Shown here piece by piece: positions 33,530-51,180 of a stretch of 64,000 nt of DNA; position 1 is the stretch's first letter; each line of letters begins with the position of its first letter. The translations under genes and the position numbers were made by a program. Origin of the DNA: Escherichia coli (GTDB lineage Bacteria > Pseudomonadota > Gammaproteobacteria > Enterobacterales > Enterobacteriaceae). The stretch lies in the NCBI RefSeq assembly GCF_030013205.1, contig NZ_CP122648.1. The stretch is one strand, 5' to 3'. Below the pieces are notes generated by a model, which worked only from the letters and a program-made list of their open reading frames with translations, did not search any database and was not told where the DNA came from.

Positions 33530-35398
33530 TTAGATTTCGACCTGAGTACCCAGTTCGATAACCCTGTTTGGTGGGATTTCAAATTGATCCGGCGCACGCA
33601 GCGCATTACGTTGCAGCAGCAAGTACAGCTTGCCGCGCAGACGCAAATACCACGGGCGTTTGCCGAGGATCAACGACTCATGCGACATAAAGAAGGAGGT
33701 TTCCATCATCCGGCAACTTAATCCTTCCAGACCGCAGCGGTGGAATACTTCTTCCACGTTTGGCGTTTCTCGCCAACCATAACTTGCCACCACGCGCCAG
33801 AACGTGGGCGACAGTTGTTCAATCTGTACCCGACGGACGTTATGGACATAAGGCGCGTCTTCGGTGCGCAGAGTTAACAGAATCACCCGCTCATGCAATA
33901 CCTTGTTATGTTTAAGGTTATGCATCAGCGCAAAGGGAATGACGTTGATTGCACGCGACATATACACCGCGGTCCCGGGCACGCGAACGGGCGGTGATTT
34001 CTCCAGCGAAGCAATCATCGCCTCCAGAGAGTTACCATGTTCATGCATCCGCCGCAGCAAACGGAAACGTTCGCTCTTCCAGGTGGTCATCACGATAAAC
34101 ATCACCGTACCGAGGCTCAATGGCAACCAGCCGCCGGAGAGCAGTTTATCGAGGTTAGCGGTGAACAATGGAATATCGACACAAAGGAAAGCAATCAGGA
34201 TCAGCGCAACAAAATACTTATTCCAGTGCCAGTTCTGACGCGCCACGGTAGTCGAGAGAATAGACGTCAGCACCATGGTTCCGGTCACCGCAATCCCGTA
34301 CGCCGCCGCCAGGTTGCTGGAGTGCTCAAAGCTGACAATCACAATCACGACCGCGACATAGAGCATCCAGTTCACAAACGGAATATAGATTTGCCCTGAC
34401 TCCATTTCGGAGGTGTGAATAATGCGCATCGGCGACAAATATCCCAGACGTACCGCCTGACGCGTCAATGAGAAGACGCCAGAGATAACCGCCTGCGAGG
34501 CAATTACCGTCGCCAGTGCGGCGATGATCAGCAGCGGGATCAGCGCCCAGTCCGGTGCCAACAGGAAGAACGGGTTCTTAATCGCTTCCGGGTTCTTTAA
34601 CAACAACGCTCCCTGACCGAAGTAATTAAGGGTCAAGGAAGGTAATACGACGGTGAACCACGCCAGGCGAATAGGGAACTTACCAAAGTGCCCCATATCA
34701 GCATACAGCGCCTCGACCCCCGTAATCGACAGCACCACTGCCCCTAATGCAATAAAAGAAACCGTTTTGTATTCAAGGAAGAAATGCACCGCCCACATCG
34801 GATTCAGCGCATGCAGCACTTCCGGGTTAGCAATAATGCTACGTAACCCCAGTACTGCCAGAATCAAAAACCAGGTCAGCATGATCGGCGCAAACAGCTT
34901 ACCGACCATAGCCGTGCCATGTTTTTGAATCATAAATAGTAAAGTGAGAACGATGATTGAGAGGGGAACTATCCAGGTATCCAGCTGCGGGGCGACGATT
35001 TCCAGACCTTCAATGGCTGACATCACCGAAATAGCGGGTGTTATGACGACTTCACCATAGAAAAAGCTGCCGCCGATTAGCCCCATAATCACCAGCATTG
35101 ATGTGGTTCGCGCCGACGTATTACGCCCGGCAAGCGACATCAACGTCAGGATCCCCCCTTCACCGGCGTTATCTGCCCGCATCACGAAGGTGAGATATTT
35201 AATGGAAACCACAAAGATTAGCAGCCAGAAGATCAGCGATAAAAAGCCAAACACGGCATCGCGTTCAACGCCAAAACCAAACTGGCCGGACAAACATTCA
35301 CGAAGTGTATATAACGGGCTGGTACCAATATCGCCGTAGACAACTCCAATCGCCGCGAGGGTAATCGCGGGCAATGATTGCTTATTATCAGTGCTCAT
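33530..35398 (-). CDS. kup: Potassium uptake protein Kup (TrkD)
   Basis: 622-aa membrane protein starting [31 protein letters not shown]. Confidence 0.9.
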   Translation of the reverse strand: MSTDNKQSLPAITLAAIGVVYGDIGTSPLYTLRECLSGQFGFGVERDAVFGFLSLIFWLLIFVVSIKYLTFVMRADNAGEGGILTLMSLAGRNTSARTTSMLVIMGLIGGSFFYGEVVITPAISVMSAIEGLEIVAPQLDTWIVPLSIIVLTLLFMIQKHGTAMVGKLFAPIMLTWFLILAVLGLRSIIANPEVLHALNPMWAVHFFLEYKTVSFIALGAVVLSITGVEALYADMGHFGKFPIRLAWFTVVLPSLTLNYFGQGALLLKNPEAIKNPFFLLAPDWALIPLLIIAALATVIASQAVISGVFSLTRQAVRLGYLSPMRIIHTSEMESGQIYIPFVNWMLYVAVVIVIVSFEHSSNLAAAYGIAVTGTMVLTSILSTTVARQNWHWNKYFVALILIAFLCVDIPLFTANLDKLLSGGWLPLSLGTVMFIVMTTWKSERFRLLRRMHEHGNSLEAMIASLEKSPPVRVPGTAVYMSRAINVIPFALMHNLKHNKVLHERVILLTLRTEDAPYVHNVRRVQIEQLSPTFWRVVASYGWRETPNVEEVFHRCGLEGLSCRMMETSFFMSHESLILGKRPWYLRLRGKLYLLLQRNALRAPDQFEIPPNRVIELGTQVEI

Positions 35399-35620
35399 AG
35401 ACTAGTCTTTCGTTGAAATATGAAATGTGTGCTTAGTCCCTTGGCCCACAAAAAAGCGCACAGTATGCACGATTAACGGCAAAATCGTACTCCTAAATGC
35501 GGCCACATTAACCTGGCTCAAAGAAAAATACCCCCCCTTTGAGACTATTTTAGCCACCAGCAAGAAACGTCTATACTCGCAATTTACGCAGAACTTTTGA
35601 CGAAAGGACGCCACTTCATT

Positions 35621-37117
35621 ATGGCTCACCCTCATTTATTAGCGGAAAGAATTTCCCGCCTGAGCAGTTCGTTGGAAAAGGGGCTTTATGAACGTAGCCA
35701 CGCCATCCGCTTGTGTTTATTAGCGGCATTAAGTGGTGAAAGTGTGTTCCTCCTTGGCCCGCCAGGCATTGCCAAAAGTTTGATCGCCCGGCGCTTAAAA
35801 TTCGCCTTTCAGAATGCCCGCGCGTTTGAATATCTGATGACCCGCTTCTCCACGCCGGAAGAGGTTTTTGGTCCCCTTTCTATTCAGGCGCTAAAAGATG
35901 AAGGGCGCTATGAACGTTTAACCAGCGGTTACCTGCCGGAAGCAGAAATCGTCTTTCTGGATGAGATCTGGAAAGCGGGCCCGGCAATTCTTAATACCTT
36001 GCTCACCGCCATTAACGAGCGCCAGTTCCGCAACGGTGCACACGTAGAAAAAATCCCGATGCGCCTGCTGGTGGCGGCCTCCAACGAGCTGCCGGAAGCA
36101 GACAGCAGTCTGGAAGCGTTATATGACCGCATGCTGATTCGTCTGTGGTTAGATAAAGTGCAGGATAAAGCGAATTTCCGCTCCATGCTGACCAGTCAAC
36201 AGGATGAAAACGACAATCCGGTTCCTGCCTCCTTGCAGGTCACAGATGAAGAATATGAACGCTGGCAGAAAGAGATTGGTGAAATTACGCTGCCCGATCA
36301 TGTATTTGAGCTGATTTTTATGCTGCGCCAGCAACTGGATAAATTACCGGATGCGCCTTATGTCTCGGATCGTCGCTGGAAAAAAGCGATCCGCTTATTG
36401 CAGGCCAGCGCCTTTTTTAACGGTCGCAGTGCTGTTGCCCCGGTTGATCTCATTTTGCTGAAAGATTGCCTGTGGTATGACGCGCAAAGCCTGAATTTGA
36501 TACAACAACAAATTGATGTATTGATGACCGGTCATGCCTGGCAACAGCAAGGGATGTTGACCCGCCTGGGCGCGATTGTGCAACGTCACCTGCAACTACA
36601 GCAGCAACAAAGCGATAAAACAGCCTTAACGGTAATTCGTCTGGGCGGCATTTTCAGCCGTCGTCAGCAGTATCAACTCCCTGTTAACGTTACTGCTTCC
36701 ACTCTGACTCTGCTGCTGCAAAAACCGTTAAAACTGCATGATATGGAAGTGGTTCATATCTCCTTTGAGCGTAACGCGCTGGAACAGTGGCTGAGTAAAG
36801 GTGGTGAAATTCGCGGCAAACTGAACGGTATCGGCTTTGCTCAGAAATTGAATCTGGAAGTGGATAGCGCCCAACATCTTGTTGTACGCGATGTAAGTTT
36901 ACAAGGCAGTACGTTGGCACTTCCCGGTTCATCGGCTGAAGGTCTGCCAGGTGAAATAAAACAACAACTGGAAGAGCTTGAAAGCGACTGGCGCAAGCAA
37001 CACGCTTTATTCAGCGAACAGCAAAAATGTCTGTTTATCCCTGGCGACTGGTTAGGTCGCATTGAAGCCAGCCTACAGGATGTCGGCGCACAGATTCGCC
37101 AGGCACAACAATGCTAA
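35621..37117 (+). CDS. ravA: AAA+ ATPase RavA
   Basis: [14 protein letters not shown]... with Walker [11 protein letters not shown]; 498 aa from ATG 35621. Confidence 0.9.
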   Translation: MAHPHLLAERISRLSSSLEKGLYERSHAIRLCLLAALSGESVFLLGPPGIAKSLIARRLKFAFQNARAFEYLMTRFSTPEEVFGPLSIQALKDEGRYERLTSGYLPEAEIVFLDEIWKAGPAILNTLLTAINERQFRNGAHVEKIPMRLLVAASNELPEADSSLEALYDRMLIRLWLDKVQDKANFRSMLTSQQDENDNPVPASLQVTDEEYERWQKEIGEITLPDHVFELIFMLRQQLDKLPDAPYVSDRRWKKAIRLLQASAFFNGRSAVAPVDLILLKDCLWYDAQSLNLIQQQIDVLMTGHAWQQQGMLTRLGAIVQRHLQLQQQQSDKTALTVIRLGGIFSRRQQYQLPVNVTASTLTLLLQKPLKLHDMEVVHISFERNALEQWLSKGGEIRGKLNGIGFAQKLNLEVDSAQHLVVRDVSLQGSTLALPGSSAEGLPGEIKQQLEELESDWRKQHALFSEQQKCLFIPGDWLGRIEASLQDVGAQIRQAQQC

Positions 37118-38562
37118 CGCTGGATACGCTTAATGTGATGCTGGCCGTCAGCGAAGAGGGATTGATCGAAGAGATGATCATCGCGCTGCTGGCCTCACCG
37201 CAGCTGGCAGTCTTCTTTGAAAAATTCCCACGACTGAAGGCGGCAATCACTGATGATGTTCCCCGCTGGCGTGAGGCGCTGCGCAGTCGGCTGAAAGATG
37301 CCCGAGTCCCGCCGGAACTCACCGAAGAGGTGATGTGCTATCAGCAAAGCCAGCTCCTCTCCACGCCGCAGTTTATTGTGCAGCTACCACAGATCCTGGA
37401 CTTACTGCATCGTCTGAATTCCCCATGGGCAGAACAAGCCCGACAGTTGGTTGATGCTAACAGCACGATCACTTCAGCGTTACACACGCTTTTTCTCCAG
37501 CGTTGGCGTTTAAGTCTGATCGTGCAAGCAACGACGTTAAATCAACAGCTATTAGAAGAAGAACGCGAACAACTGTTGAGTGAAGTTCAGGAACGCATGA
37601 CGCTGAGCGGACAACTTGAACCGATTCTCGCAGATAACAATACCGCAGCTGGTCGTCTGTGGGATATGAGCGCCGGTCAGCTTAAACGTGGCGACTATCA
37701 GTTGATTGTGAAATACGGTGAATTTCTTAACGAACAGCCGGAACTGAAACGCCTGGCAGAACAGCTGGGGCGTTCCCGGGAAGCCAAATCAATACCGCGC
37801 AACGATGCGCAGATGGAAACCTTCCGCACCATGGTGCGCGAACCGGCGACGGTTCCTGAGCAGGTTGATGGTCTGCAACAAAGCGATGATATTTTACGTC
37901 TCCTGCCGCCAGAACTGGCGACACTAGGGATAACAGAACTGGAGTATGAGTTTTACCGTCGGCTGGTGGAAAAACAGTTGCTCACCTATCGCCTGCACGG
38001 TGAGTCGTGGCGAGAAAAAGTGATCGAACGTCCGGTGGTACATAAAGATTACGACGAACAGCCGCGCGGACCGTTTATTGTCTGTGTGGATACTTCCGGC
38101 TCAATGGGCGGCTTTAATGAACAGTGTGCGAAAGCGTTCTGCCTGGCCTTGATGCGCATTGCTCTCGCTGAAAACCGGCGCTGCTATATTATGCTATTTT
38201 CCACCGAGATCGTCCGTTATGAGCTTTCAGGCCCACAAGGCATCGAACAAGCGATCCGCTTTTTAAGTCAGCAGTTTCGTGGCGGCACCGATCTGGCCAG
38301 TTGTTTTCGCGCCATTATGGAACGCTTGCAAAGTCGGGAGTGGTTTGACGCCGATGCGGTGGTGATTTCTGATTTTATCGCCCAGCGGTTGCCTGACGAC
38401 GTGACGAGCAAAGTGAAAGAGTTGCAGCGGGTACATCAGAATCGCTTTCATGCCGTGGCGATGTCGGCACATGGCAAACCCGGCATCATGCGCATTTTCG
38501 ATCATATCTGGCGCTTTGATACCGGGATGCGAAGCCGCCTGCTCAGACGCTGGCGGCGATAA
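37111..38562 (+). CDS. viaA: VWA-domain protein ViaA (YieM)
   Basis: 483-aa ORF overlapping the ravA stop; C-terminal VWA-like DTSGSM motif. Confidence 0.9.
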   Translation: MLTLDTLNVMLAVSEEGLIEEMIIALLASPQLAVFFEKFPRLKAAITDDVPRWREALRSRLKDARVPPELTEEVMCYQQSQLLSTPQFIVQLPQILDLLHRLNSPWAEQARQLVDANSTITSALHTLFLQRWRLSLIVQATTLNQQLLEEEREQLLSEVQERMTLSGQLEPILADNNTAAGRLWDMSAGQLKRGDYQLIVKYGEFLNEQPELKRLAEQLGRSREAKSIPRNDAQMETFRTMVREPATVPEQVDGLQQSDDILRLLPPELATLGITELEYEFYRRLVEKQLLTYRLHGESWREKVIERPVVHKDYDEQPRGPFIVCVDTSGSMGGFNEQCAKAFCLALMRIALAENRRCYIMLFSTEIVRYELSGPQGIEQAIRFLSQQFRGGTDLASCFRAIMERLQSREWFDADAVVISDFIAQRLPDDVTSKVKELQRVHQNRFHAVAMSAHGKPGIMRIFDHIWRFDTGMRSRLLRRWRR

Positions 38563-38566
38563 ACAA

Positions 38567-39559
38567 TTACAGCAGAGAAGGGACGCTCTCGCGAACAGCT
38601 GCCGGCCATACACCACACTGAACCTGGCCGATATGCGGCAGTTGCAGCAGCAGCATGGTCAAACGAGACTGGCCGATACCGCCGCCGATGGTCTGCGGCA
38701 TTTCACCGCGCAGCAGCGCCTGATGCCACTCCAGCTGCAGACGATCTTCATCACCGGTCAGCGCCAGCTGATGCTTCAACGTATCGGCATCCACGCGGAT
38801 CCCCATGGAAGAAAGCTCAAACGCATCTTCCAGTACCGGGTTCCATACCAGAATATCGCCGTTCAGACCCGCATGGCCCAGCTCTGACGGGGTGCTCCAG
38901 TCATCATAATCCGGTGCGCGCACGTCGTGACGATGACCATCACTCAACTTGCCGCCAATCCCGACGAGGAATACCGCGCCAAGATCTTTCGCAATCGCCC
39001 GCTCACGCCCTTTGGCATCGAGATCCGGATAACGAGACAGTAACTCCTGGCTGTGTACGAAGTGGATCTGATCCGGCAGGAACGGTGCCAGGCCAAACTC
39101 TTCGCTAACCGCAGCTTCGGTTGCTTTAATTCCCGCCCAGATCGCCTCTACCGTGCTTTTCAGAGTCGAGAATTGACGCTCGCCGTCGCCCATTACGCGT
39201 TCCCAGTCCCACTGGTCTACATAGACCGAGTGCAACGGAGAAAGACGGTCTTCATCGGGGCGAAGGGCTTTCATGTGCGTGTACAGCCCTTCGCCCGCGC
39301 TGAAGTCGTGTTGCCCTAAGGTCTGACGTTTCCACTTCGCCAGTGAATGAACCACTTCGAACTGGGCATCAGGCAGAGCTTTTACTTTTACCTGCACCGC
39401 TTTTTCACAGCCCGACAAGTTATCCTGCGTGCCATCCCCCACACGGCTAAGAATCGGCGCCTGGACTTCGATCAGCCCCAGACGTTCTTCCAGTTGACGA
39501 GAAAAGTGAGATTTCACGAAGCTAATTTGGCGTTGTTTGGCAATGTAAGCGGTTTTCAT
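38567..39559 (-). CDS. asnA: Aspartate--ammonia ligase (asparagine synthetase A)
   Basis: 330-aa ORF starting [35 protein letters not shown]. Confidence 0.9.
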
Positions 39560-39710
39560 TTTTTATACTCCTGCGTCCTGTTGCTTATGATTAAGCAACA
39601 AAAACCGGCACACATGCAATAATCATTCAATAAAAAGCCTAACTCACTTTTGATTCATTAAAAAAGAAGGCTAAAATAGAATGAATCATCAATCCGCATA
39701 AGAAAATCCT

Positions 39711-40169
39711 ATGGAAAATTATCTAATCGACAATCTGGACCGTGGCATCCTGGAAGCATTAATGGGCAATGCGCGCACCGCTTACGCCGAACTGGCGAAA
39801 CAATTTGGCGTCAGTCCGGGGACGATTCACGTTCGAGTAGAGAAAATGAAGCAGGCGGGAATCATTACCGGGGCGCGTATTGATGTCAGCCCGAAGCAGC
39901 TTGGTTATGACGTAGGCTGCTTTATCGGCATTATATTAAAGAGCGCCAAAGACTATCCTTCCGCGCTGGCAAAGCTGGAAAGCCTCGATGAAGTCACTGA
40001 AGCCTATTACACAACCGGCCACTACAGCATCTTTATAAAAGTGATGTGCCGTTCGATCGATGCTCTCCAGCATGTACTTATCAACAAGATCCAAACAATT
40101 GATGAAATTCAGTCCACCGAGACACTGATCGTCCTGCAGAACCCGATCATGCGTACCATTAAGCCCTGA
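39711..40169 (+). CDS. asnC: Lrp/AsnC-family regulator AsnC
   Basis: 152-aa ORF divergent from asnA. Confidence 0.9.
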   Translation: MENYLIDNLDRGILEALMGNARTAYAELAKQFGVSPGTIHVRVEKMKQAGIITGARIDVSPKQLGYDVGCFIGIILKSAKDYPSALAKLESLDEVTEAYYTTGHYSIFIKVMCRSIDALQHVLINKIQTIDEIQSTETLIVLQNPIMRTIKP

Positions 40170-40258
40170 TCGGCTTTTTTAATCCCATACTTTTCCACAG
40201 GTAGATCCCAACGCGTTCACAGCGTACAATACGCCACTCTTAATAAAGGTGGCGGTTT

Positions 40259-40702
40259 ATGGCAGATATCACTCTTATCAGCGGCAGCACCCTCGGCGGT
40301 GCCGAATATGTGGCAGAACACCTGGCTGAAAAGCTGGAAGAGGCGGGTTTTACCACCGAAACGCTGCACGGTCCGCTGTTGGAAGATTTATCTGCCTCGG
40401 GGATCTGGCTGGTTATCAGCTCAACCCACGGTGCCGGAGATATTCCGGATAACCTTTCTCCTTTCTATGAAGCATTGCAGGAACAGAAGCCCGATCTTTC
40501 TGCGGTCCGCTTTGGCGCTATCGGTATTGGCAGTCGTGAATATGACACCTTTTGTGGGGCTATCGATAAACTCGAGGCAGAACTCAAAAATTCCGGTGCA
40601 AAACAGACAGGCGAAACACTGAAGATCAACATTCTTGATCACGACATTCCGGAAGATCCGGCAGAAGAATGGCTGGGATCGTGGATTAATTTACTCAAAT
40701 AA
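40259..40702 (+). CDS. mioC: Flavodoxin-like protein MioC
   Basis: 147-aa ORF immediately upstream of oriC. Confidence 0.9.
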   Translation: MADITLISGSTLGGAEYVAEHLAEKLEEAGFTTETLHGPLLEDLSASGIWLVISSTHGAGDIPDNLSPFYEALQEQKPDLSAVRFGAIGIGSREYDTFCGAIDKLEAELKNSGAKQTGETLKINILDHDIPEDPAEEWLGSWINLLK

Positions 40703-40710
40703 GTATACAG

Positions 40711-40992
40711 ATCGTGCGATCTACTGTGGATAACTCTGTCAGGAAGCTTGGATCAACCGGTAGTTATCCAAAGAACAACCGTTGTTCAGTTTTTGAGTTG
40801 TGTATAACCCCTCATTCTGATCCCAGCTTATACGGTCCAGGATCACCGATCATTCACAGTTAATGATCCTTTCCAGGTTGTTGATCTTAAAAGCCGGATC
40901 CTTGTTATCCACAGGGCAGTGCGATCCTAATAAGAGATCACAATAGAACAGATCTCTAAATAAATAGATCTTCTTTTTAATACCCAGGATCC
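40711..40992. other. oriC: Chromosomal replication origin oriC (DnaA boxes, AT-rich 13-mers, clustered GATC sites)
   Basis: TGTGGATAA/TTATCCACA DnaA boxes at ~40725 and ~40905; 13-mers gatctnttnttt at ~40930-40980; more than 10 GATC within ~280 bp; sits between mioC and mnmG. Confidence 0.9.
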
Positions 40993-41080
40993 CAGGTCTT
41001 TCTCAAGCCGACAAAGTTGAGTAGAATCCACGGCCCGGGCTTCAATCCATTTTCATACCGCGTTATGCGAGGCAATCACC

Positions 41081-42970
41081 ATGTTTTATCCGGATCCTTT
41101 TGACGTCATCATCATTGGCGGGGGTCATGCAGGCACCGAGGCCGCGATGGCCGCGGCGCGTATGGGTCAACAGACTCTGCTTTTGACACACAATATCGAC
41201 ACTCTGGGGCAGATGAGCTGCAACCCGGCGATCGGCGGTATTGGGAAGGGACATCTGGTAAAAGAAGTGGATGCACTCGGCGGTCTGATGGCGAAAGCGA
41301 TCGATCAGGCGGGTATCCAGTTTAGGATACTAAACGCAAGCAAGGGGCCAGCGGTTCGCGCTACCCGTGCTCAGGCGGATCGTGTGCTCTACCGGCAGGC
41401 GGTACGTACGGCGCTGGAGAACCAACCGAACCTGATGATCTTCCAGCAGGCGGTTGAAGATCTTATTGTCGAAAACGATCGCGTGGTCGGTGCTGTTACC
41501 CAAATGGGACTGAAGTTCCGTGCCAAAGCCGTCGTGCTCACCGTTGGGACGTTCCTCGACGGTAAAATTCATATCGGTCTGGATAACTACAGCGGTGGCC
41601 GTGCTGGTGATCCGCCGTCCATTCCGCTCTCTCGCCGTTTGCGTGAACTGCCGCTGCGCGTTGGTCGTCTGAAAACCGGGACACCGCCGCGTATTGATGC
41701 GCGTACTATCGACTTCAGCGTGCTGGCGCAACAGCATGGCGATAACCCAATGCCGGTATTCTCGTTTATGGGCAATGCGTCCCAGCATCCACAGCAGGTG
41801 CCGTGTTATATCACCCATACCAACGAGAAAACCCATGATGTGATCCGCAGTAACCTCGATCGTAGCCCAATGTATGCAGGGGTGATCGAAGGTGTCGGCC
41901 CACGCTACTGCCCGTCGATCGAAGACAAAGTCATGCGCTTCGCCGACAGAAATCAGCATCAGATCTTCCTTGAACCGGAAGGGCTGACCTCAAACGAAAT
42001 TTATCCGAACGGTATCTCCACCAGCCTGCCGTTCGATGTGCAGATGCAAATCGTCCGCTCCATGCAGGGGATGGAAAACGCGAAGATCGTACGTCCGGGT
42101 TATGCCATTGAGTATGACTTCTTCGATCCACGCGACCTGAAACCGACGCTGGAGAGCAAGTTTATCCAGGGGCTGTTCTTTGCTGGTCAGATTAACGGCA
42201 CTACCGGTTACGAAGAAGCCGCTGCGCAAGGTTTGCTGGCTGGTCTTAACGCTGCCCGTCTGTCTGCTGACAAAGAAGGTTGGGCTCCGGCGCGTTCTCA
42301 GGCGTATCTCGGCGTACTGGTTGATGACCTGTGCACTTTAGGAACCAAAGAACCGTATCGTATGTTTACTTCGCGCGCAGAATATCGTCTGATGCTGCGC
42401 GAAGATAATGCGGATCTGCGTTTGACTGAAATCGGTCGTGAACTGGGCCTGGTGGATGACGAACGTTGGGCGCGCTTTAACGAGAAACTTGAGAATATCG
42501 AGCGTGAGCGTCAGCGTCTGAAATCGACCTGGGTAACCCCGTCGGCGGAAGCTGCAGCCGAAGTGAATGCTCACCTGACTGCGCCGCTTTCCCGTGAAGC
42601 CAGTGGTGAAGATCTGCTGCGTCGTCCGGAAATGACTTATGAAAAATTAACCACGCTGACGCCGTTTGCCCCTGCGTTGACAGACGAACAGGCGGCGGAA
42701 CAGGTTGAGATTCAGGTTAAATACGAAGGTTATATCGCGCGCCAGCAAGATGAGATCGAAAAGCAGCTGCGTAACGAGAACACCCTGCTACCAGCGACGC
42801 TGGATTACCGCCAGGTATCCGGTCTTTCTAACGAAGTGATCGCCAAACTTAACGATCACAAACCGGCCTCTATCGGCCAGGCTTCGCGTATTTCTGGCGT
42901 CACGCCTGCGGCCATCTCCATTCTGCTGGTATGGCTGAAAAAACAGGGTATGCTGCGTCGTAGCGCATAA
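41081..42970 (+). CDS. mnmG: tRNA uridine 5-carboxymethylaminomethyl modification enzyme MnmG (GidA)
   Basis: 629 aa; FAD-binding [13 protein letters not shown] motif. Confidence 0.9.
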
Positions 42971-43033
42971 CGCATTAAAAATGCCTGGTAAGCACCCGCT
43001 TACCGGGCAACGCATCAAGAACAGGTAATCACC

Positions 43034-43657
43034 GTGCTCAACAAACTCACCTCTCTGCTGAAAGACGCAGGAATTTCGCTTACCGATCACCAGAAAAACC
43101 AGCTAATTGCCTACGTGAATATGCTGCATAAATGGAATAAAGCGTACAACCTGACTTCGGTCCGCGATCCTAATGAGATGCTGGTACGCCATATTCTCGA
43201 TAGCATTGTGGTGGCACCGTATCTGCAAGGTGAACGGTTTATCGATGTCGGCACCGGACCAGGACTGCCTGGCATTCCACTCTCTATCGTGCGTCCTGAA
43301 GCCCACTTCACGTTGTTGGATAGCCTTGGTAAACGCGTGCGTTTCCTTCGTCAGGTGCAACATGAGCTTAAACTGGAGAATATTGAGCCAGTACAGAGCA
43401 GGGTAGAAGAGTTTCCTTCAGAGCCGCCATTTGATGGCGTAATTAGCCGCGCTTTTGCCTCTCTGAACGATATGGTGAGCTGGTGCCACCATCTTCCTGG
43501 TGAGCAAGGTCGTTTCTACGCGCTGAAAGGCCAAATGCCGGAAGATGAAATCGCTTTGTTGCCCGAAGAATATCAGGTCGAATCAGTGGTTAAACTTCAC
43601 GTTCCGGCCCTGGATGGCGAACGTCATCTGGTGGTGATTAAAGCAAATAAAATTTAA
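43034..43657 (+). CDS. rsmG: 16S rRNA m7G527 methyltransferase RsmG (GidB)
   Basis: 207 aa; SAM-binding [10 protein letters not shown] motif. Confidence 0.9.
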   Translation: MLNKLTSLLKDAGISLTDHQKNQLIAYVNMLHKWNKAYNLTSVRDPNEMLVRHILDSIVVAPYLQGERFIDVGTGPGLPGIPLSIVRPEAHFTLLDSLGKRVRFLRQVQHELKLENIEPVQSRVEEFPSEPPFDGVISRAFASLNDMVSWCHHLPGEQGRFYALKGQMPEDEIALLPEEYQVESVVKLHVPALDGERHLVVIKANKI

Positions 43658-44273
43658 TTTTTATCAAAAAAATCATAAAAAATTGACCGGTTAGACTGTT
43701 AACAACAACCAGGTTTTCTACTGATATAACTGGTTACATTTAACGCCACGTTCACTCTTTTGCATCAACAAAGTAACGTGGCTTTTTTTGGTAAGCAGAA
43801 AATAAGTCATAAGTGAAAATATCAGTCTGCTAAAAATCGGCGCTAAGAATCATCATTTGCTGTTAAAACATTATTAAAAATGTCAATGGGTGGTTTTTGT
43901 TGTGTAAGTGTCATTTATTAAAACAGTATCTGTTTTTAGACTGAAATATCATAAACTTGCAAAGGCATCATTTGCCAAGTAAATAAATATGCTGTGCGCG
44001 AACATGCTCAATATGTGATCTGAAGCACGCTTTATCACCAGTGTTTACGCGTTATTTACAGTTTTTCATGATCGAACAGGGTTTGCAGAAAAGTCGCAAT
44101 TGTATGCACTGGAAAAATATTTAAACATTTATTCACCTTTTGGCTACTTATTGTTTGAAATCACGGGGGCGCACCGTATAATTTGACCGCTTTTTGATGC
44201 TTGACTCTAAGCCTTAAAGAAAGTTTTATACGACACGCGGCATACCTCGAAGGGAGCAGGAGTGAAAAACGTG

Positions 44274-45478
<1,205 letters not shown>

Positions 45479-45506
45479 TTTACCAACACTACTACGTTTT
45501 AACTGA

Positions 45507-45781
<275 letters not shown>

Positions 45782-45825
45782 TAAAGAGCAATATCAGAAC
45801 GTTAACTAAATAGAGGCATTGTGCT

Positions 45826-46296
45826 GTGAATCTTAACGCAACAATCCTCGGCCAGGCCATCGCGTTTGTCCTGTTCGTTCTGTTCTGCATGAAGTACGTA
45901 TGGCCGCCATTAATGGCAGCCATCGAAAAACGTCAAAAAGAAATTGCTGACGGCCTTGCTTCCGCAGAACGAGCACATAAGGACCTTGACCTTGCAAAGG
46001 CCAGCGCGACCGACCAGCTGAAAAAAGCGAAAGCGGAAGCCCAGGTAATCATCGAGCAGGCTAACAAACGCCGCTCGCAGATTCTGGACGAAGCGAAAGC
46101 TGAGGCAGAACAGGAACGTACTAAAATCGTGGCCCAGGCGCAGGCGGAAATTGAAGCCGAGCGTAAACGTGCCCGTGAAGAGCTGCGTAAGCAAGTTGCT
46201 ATCCTGGCTGTTGCTGGCGCCGAGAAGATCATCGAACGTTCCGTGGATGAAGCTGCTAACAGCGACATCGTGGATAAACTTGTCGCTGAACTGTAA
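45826..46296 (+). CDS. atpF: F0F1 ATP synthase subunit b
   Basis: 156 aa; N-terminal TM helix then charged coiled coil. Confidence 0.9.
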
Positions 46297-46310
46297 GGAG
46301 GGAGGGGCTG

Positions 46311-46844
46311 ATGTCTGAATTTATTACGGTAGCTCGCCCCTACGCCAAAGCAGCTTTTGACTTTGCCGTCGAACACCAAAGTGTAGAACGCTGGCAGGAC
46401 ATGCTGGCGTTTGCCGCCGAGGTAACCAAAAACGAACAAATGGCAGAGCTTCTCTCTGGCGCGCTTGCGCCAGAAACGCTCGCCGAGTCGTTTATCGCAG
46501 TTTGTGGTGAGCAACTGGACGAAAACGGTCAGAACCTGATTCGGGTAATGGCCGAAAATGGTCGTCTTAACGCGCTCCCGGATGTTCTGGAGCAGTTTAT
46601 TCACCTGCGTGCCGTGAGTGAGGCTACCGCTGAGGTAGACGTCATTTCCGCTGCCGCATTGAGTGAACAACAGCTCGCGAAAATTTCTGCTGCGATGGAA
46701 AAACGTCTGTCACGCAAAGTTAAGCTGAATTGCAAAATCGATAAGTCTGTAATGGCAGGCGTTATCATCCGAGCGGGTGATATGGTCATTGATGGCAGCG
46801 TACGCGGTCGTCTTGAGCGCCTTGCAGACGTCTTGCAGTCTTAA
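46311..46844 (+). CDS. atpH: F0F1 ATP synthase subunit delta
   Basis: 177 aa; operon order. Confidence 0.9.
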
Positions 46845-46856
46845 GGGGACTGGAGC

Positions 46857-48398
46857 ATGCAACTGAATTCCACCGAAATCAGCGAACTGATCAAGCAGCG
46901 CATTGCTCAGTTCAATGTTGTGAGTGAAGCTCACAACGAAGGTACTATTGTTTCTGTAAGTGACGGTGTTATCCGCATCCACGGCCTGGCCGATTGTATG
47001 CAGGGTGAAATGATCTCCCTGCCGGGTAACCGTTACGCTATCGCACTGAACCTCGAGCGCGACTCTGTAGGTGCGGTTGTTATGGGTCCGTACGCTGACC
47101 TTGCCGAAGGCATGAAAGTTAAGTGTACTGGCCGTATCCTGGAAGTTCCGGTTGGCCGTGGCCTGCTGGGCCGTGTGGTTAACACTCTGGGTGCACCAAT
47201 CGATGGTAAAGGTCCGCTGGATCACGACGGCTTCTCTGCTGTAGAAGCAATCGCTCCGGGCGTTATCGAACGTCAGTCCGTAGATCAGCCGGTACAGACC
47301 GGTTATAAAGCCGTTGACTCCATGATCCCAATCGGTCGTGGTCAGCGTGAATTGATCATCGGTGACCGTCAGACCGGTAAAACCGCACTGGCTATCGATG
47401 CCATCATCAACCAGCGCGATTCCGGTATCAAATGTATCTATGTCGCTATCGGCCAGAAAGCGTCCACCATTTCTAACGTGGTACGTAAACTGGAAGAGCA
47501 CGGCGCACTGGCTAACACCATCGTTGTGGTAGCAACCGCGTCTGAATCCGCTGCACTGCAATACCTGGCACCGTACGCTGGTTGCGCAATGGGCGAATAC
47601 TTCCGTGACCGCGGTGAAGATGCGCTGATCATTTACGATGACCTGTCTAAACAGGCTGTTGCTTACCGTCAGATCTCCCTGCTGCTCCGTCGTCCGCCAG
47701 GACGTGAAGCATTCCCGGGCGACGTATTCTACCTCCACTCTCGTCTGCTGGAGCGTGCTGCGCGTGTTAACGCCGAATACGTTGAAGCCTTCACCAAAGG
47801 TGAAGTGAAAGGGAAAACCGGTTCTCTGACCGCGCTGCCGATTATCGAAACTCAGGCGGGTGACGTTTCTGCGTTCGTTCCAACCAACGTAATCTCCATT
47901 ACCGATGGTCAGATCTTCCTGGAAACCAACCTGTTCAACGCCGGTATTCGTCCTGCGGTTAACCCGGGTATTTCCGTATCCCGTGTTGGTGGTGCAGCAC
48001 AGACCAAGATCATGAAAAAACTGTCCGGTGGTATCCGTACCGCTCTGGCACAGTATCGTGAACTGGCAGCGTTCTCTCAGTTTGCATCCGACCTTGACGA
48101 TGCAACACGTAAGCAGCTTGACCACGGTCAGAAAGTGACCGAACTGCTGAAACAGAAACAGTATGCGCCGATGTCCGTAGCGCAACAGTCTCTGGTTCTG
48201 TTCGCAGCAGAACGTGGTTACCTGGCGGATGTTGAACTGTCGAAAATCGGCAGCTTCGAAGCCGCTCTGCTGGCTTACGTCGACCGTGATCACGCTCCGT
48301 TGATGCAAGAGATCAACCAGACCGGTGGCTACAACGACGAAATCGAAGGCAAGCTGAAAGGCATCCTCGATTCCTTCAAAGCAACCCAATCCTGGTAA
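46857..48398 (+). CDS. atpA: F0F1 ATP synthase subunit alpha
   Basis: 513 aa; Walker [10 protein letters not shown]. Confidence 0.9.
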
Positions 48399-48448
48399 CG
48401 TCTGGCGGCTTGCCTTAGGGCAGGCCGCAAGGCATTGAGGAGAAGCTC

Positions 48449-50721
<2,273 letters not shown>

Positions 50722-50741
50722 CGCCTTAATCGGAGGGTGAT

Positions 50742-51161
50742 ATGGCAATGACTTACCACCTGGACGTCGTCAGTGCAGAGCAACAAATGTTCTCTGGTCT
50801 GGTCGAGAAAATCCAGGTAACGGGTAGCGAAGGTGAACTGGGGATCTACCCTGGCCACGCACCGCTGCTCACCGCCATTAAGCCTGGTATGATTCGCATC
50901 GTGAAACAGCACGGTCACGAAGAGTTTATCTATCTGTCTGGCGGCATTCTTGAAGTGCAGCCTGGCAACGTGACCGTTCTGGCCGACACCGCAATTCGCG
51001 GCCAGGATCTCGACGAAGCGCGAGCCATGGAAGCGAAACGTAAGGCTGAAGAGCACATTAGCAGCTCTCACGGCGACGTAGATTACGCTCAGGCGTCTGC
51101 GGAACTGGCCAAAGCGATCGCGCAGCTGCGCGTTATCGAGTTGACCAAAAAAGCGATGTAA
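50742..51161 (+). CDS. atpC: F0F1 ATP synthase subunit epsilon
   Basis: 139 aa; operon order. Confidence 0.9.
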
Positions 51162-51180
51162 CACCGGCTTGAAAAGCACA

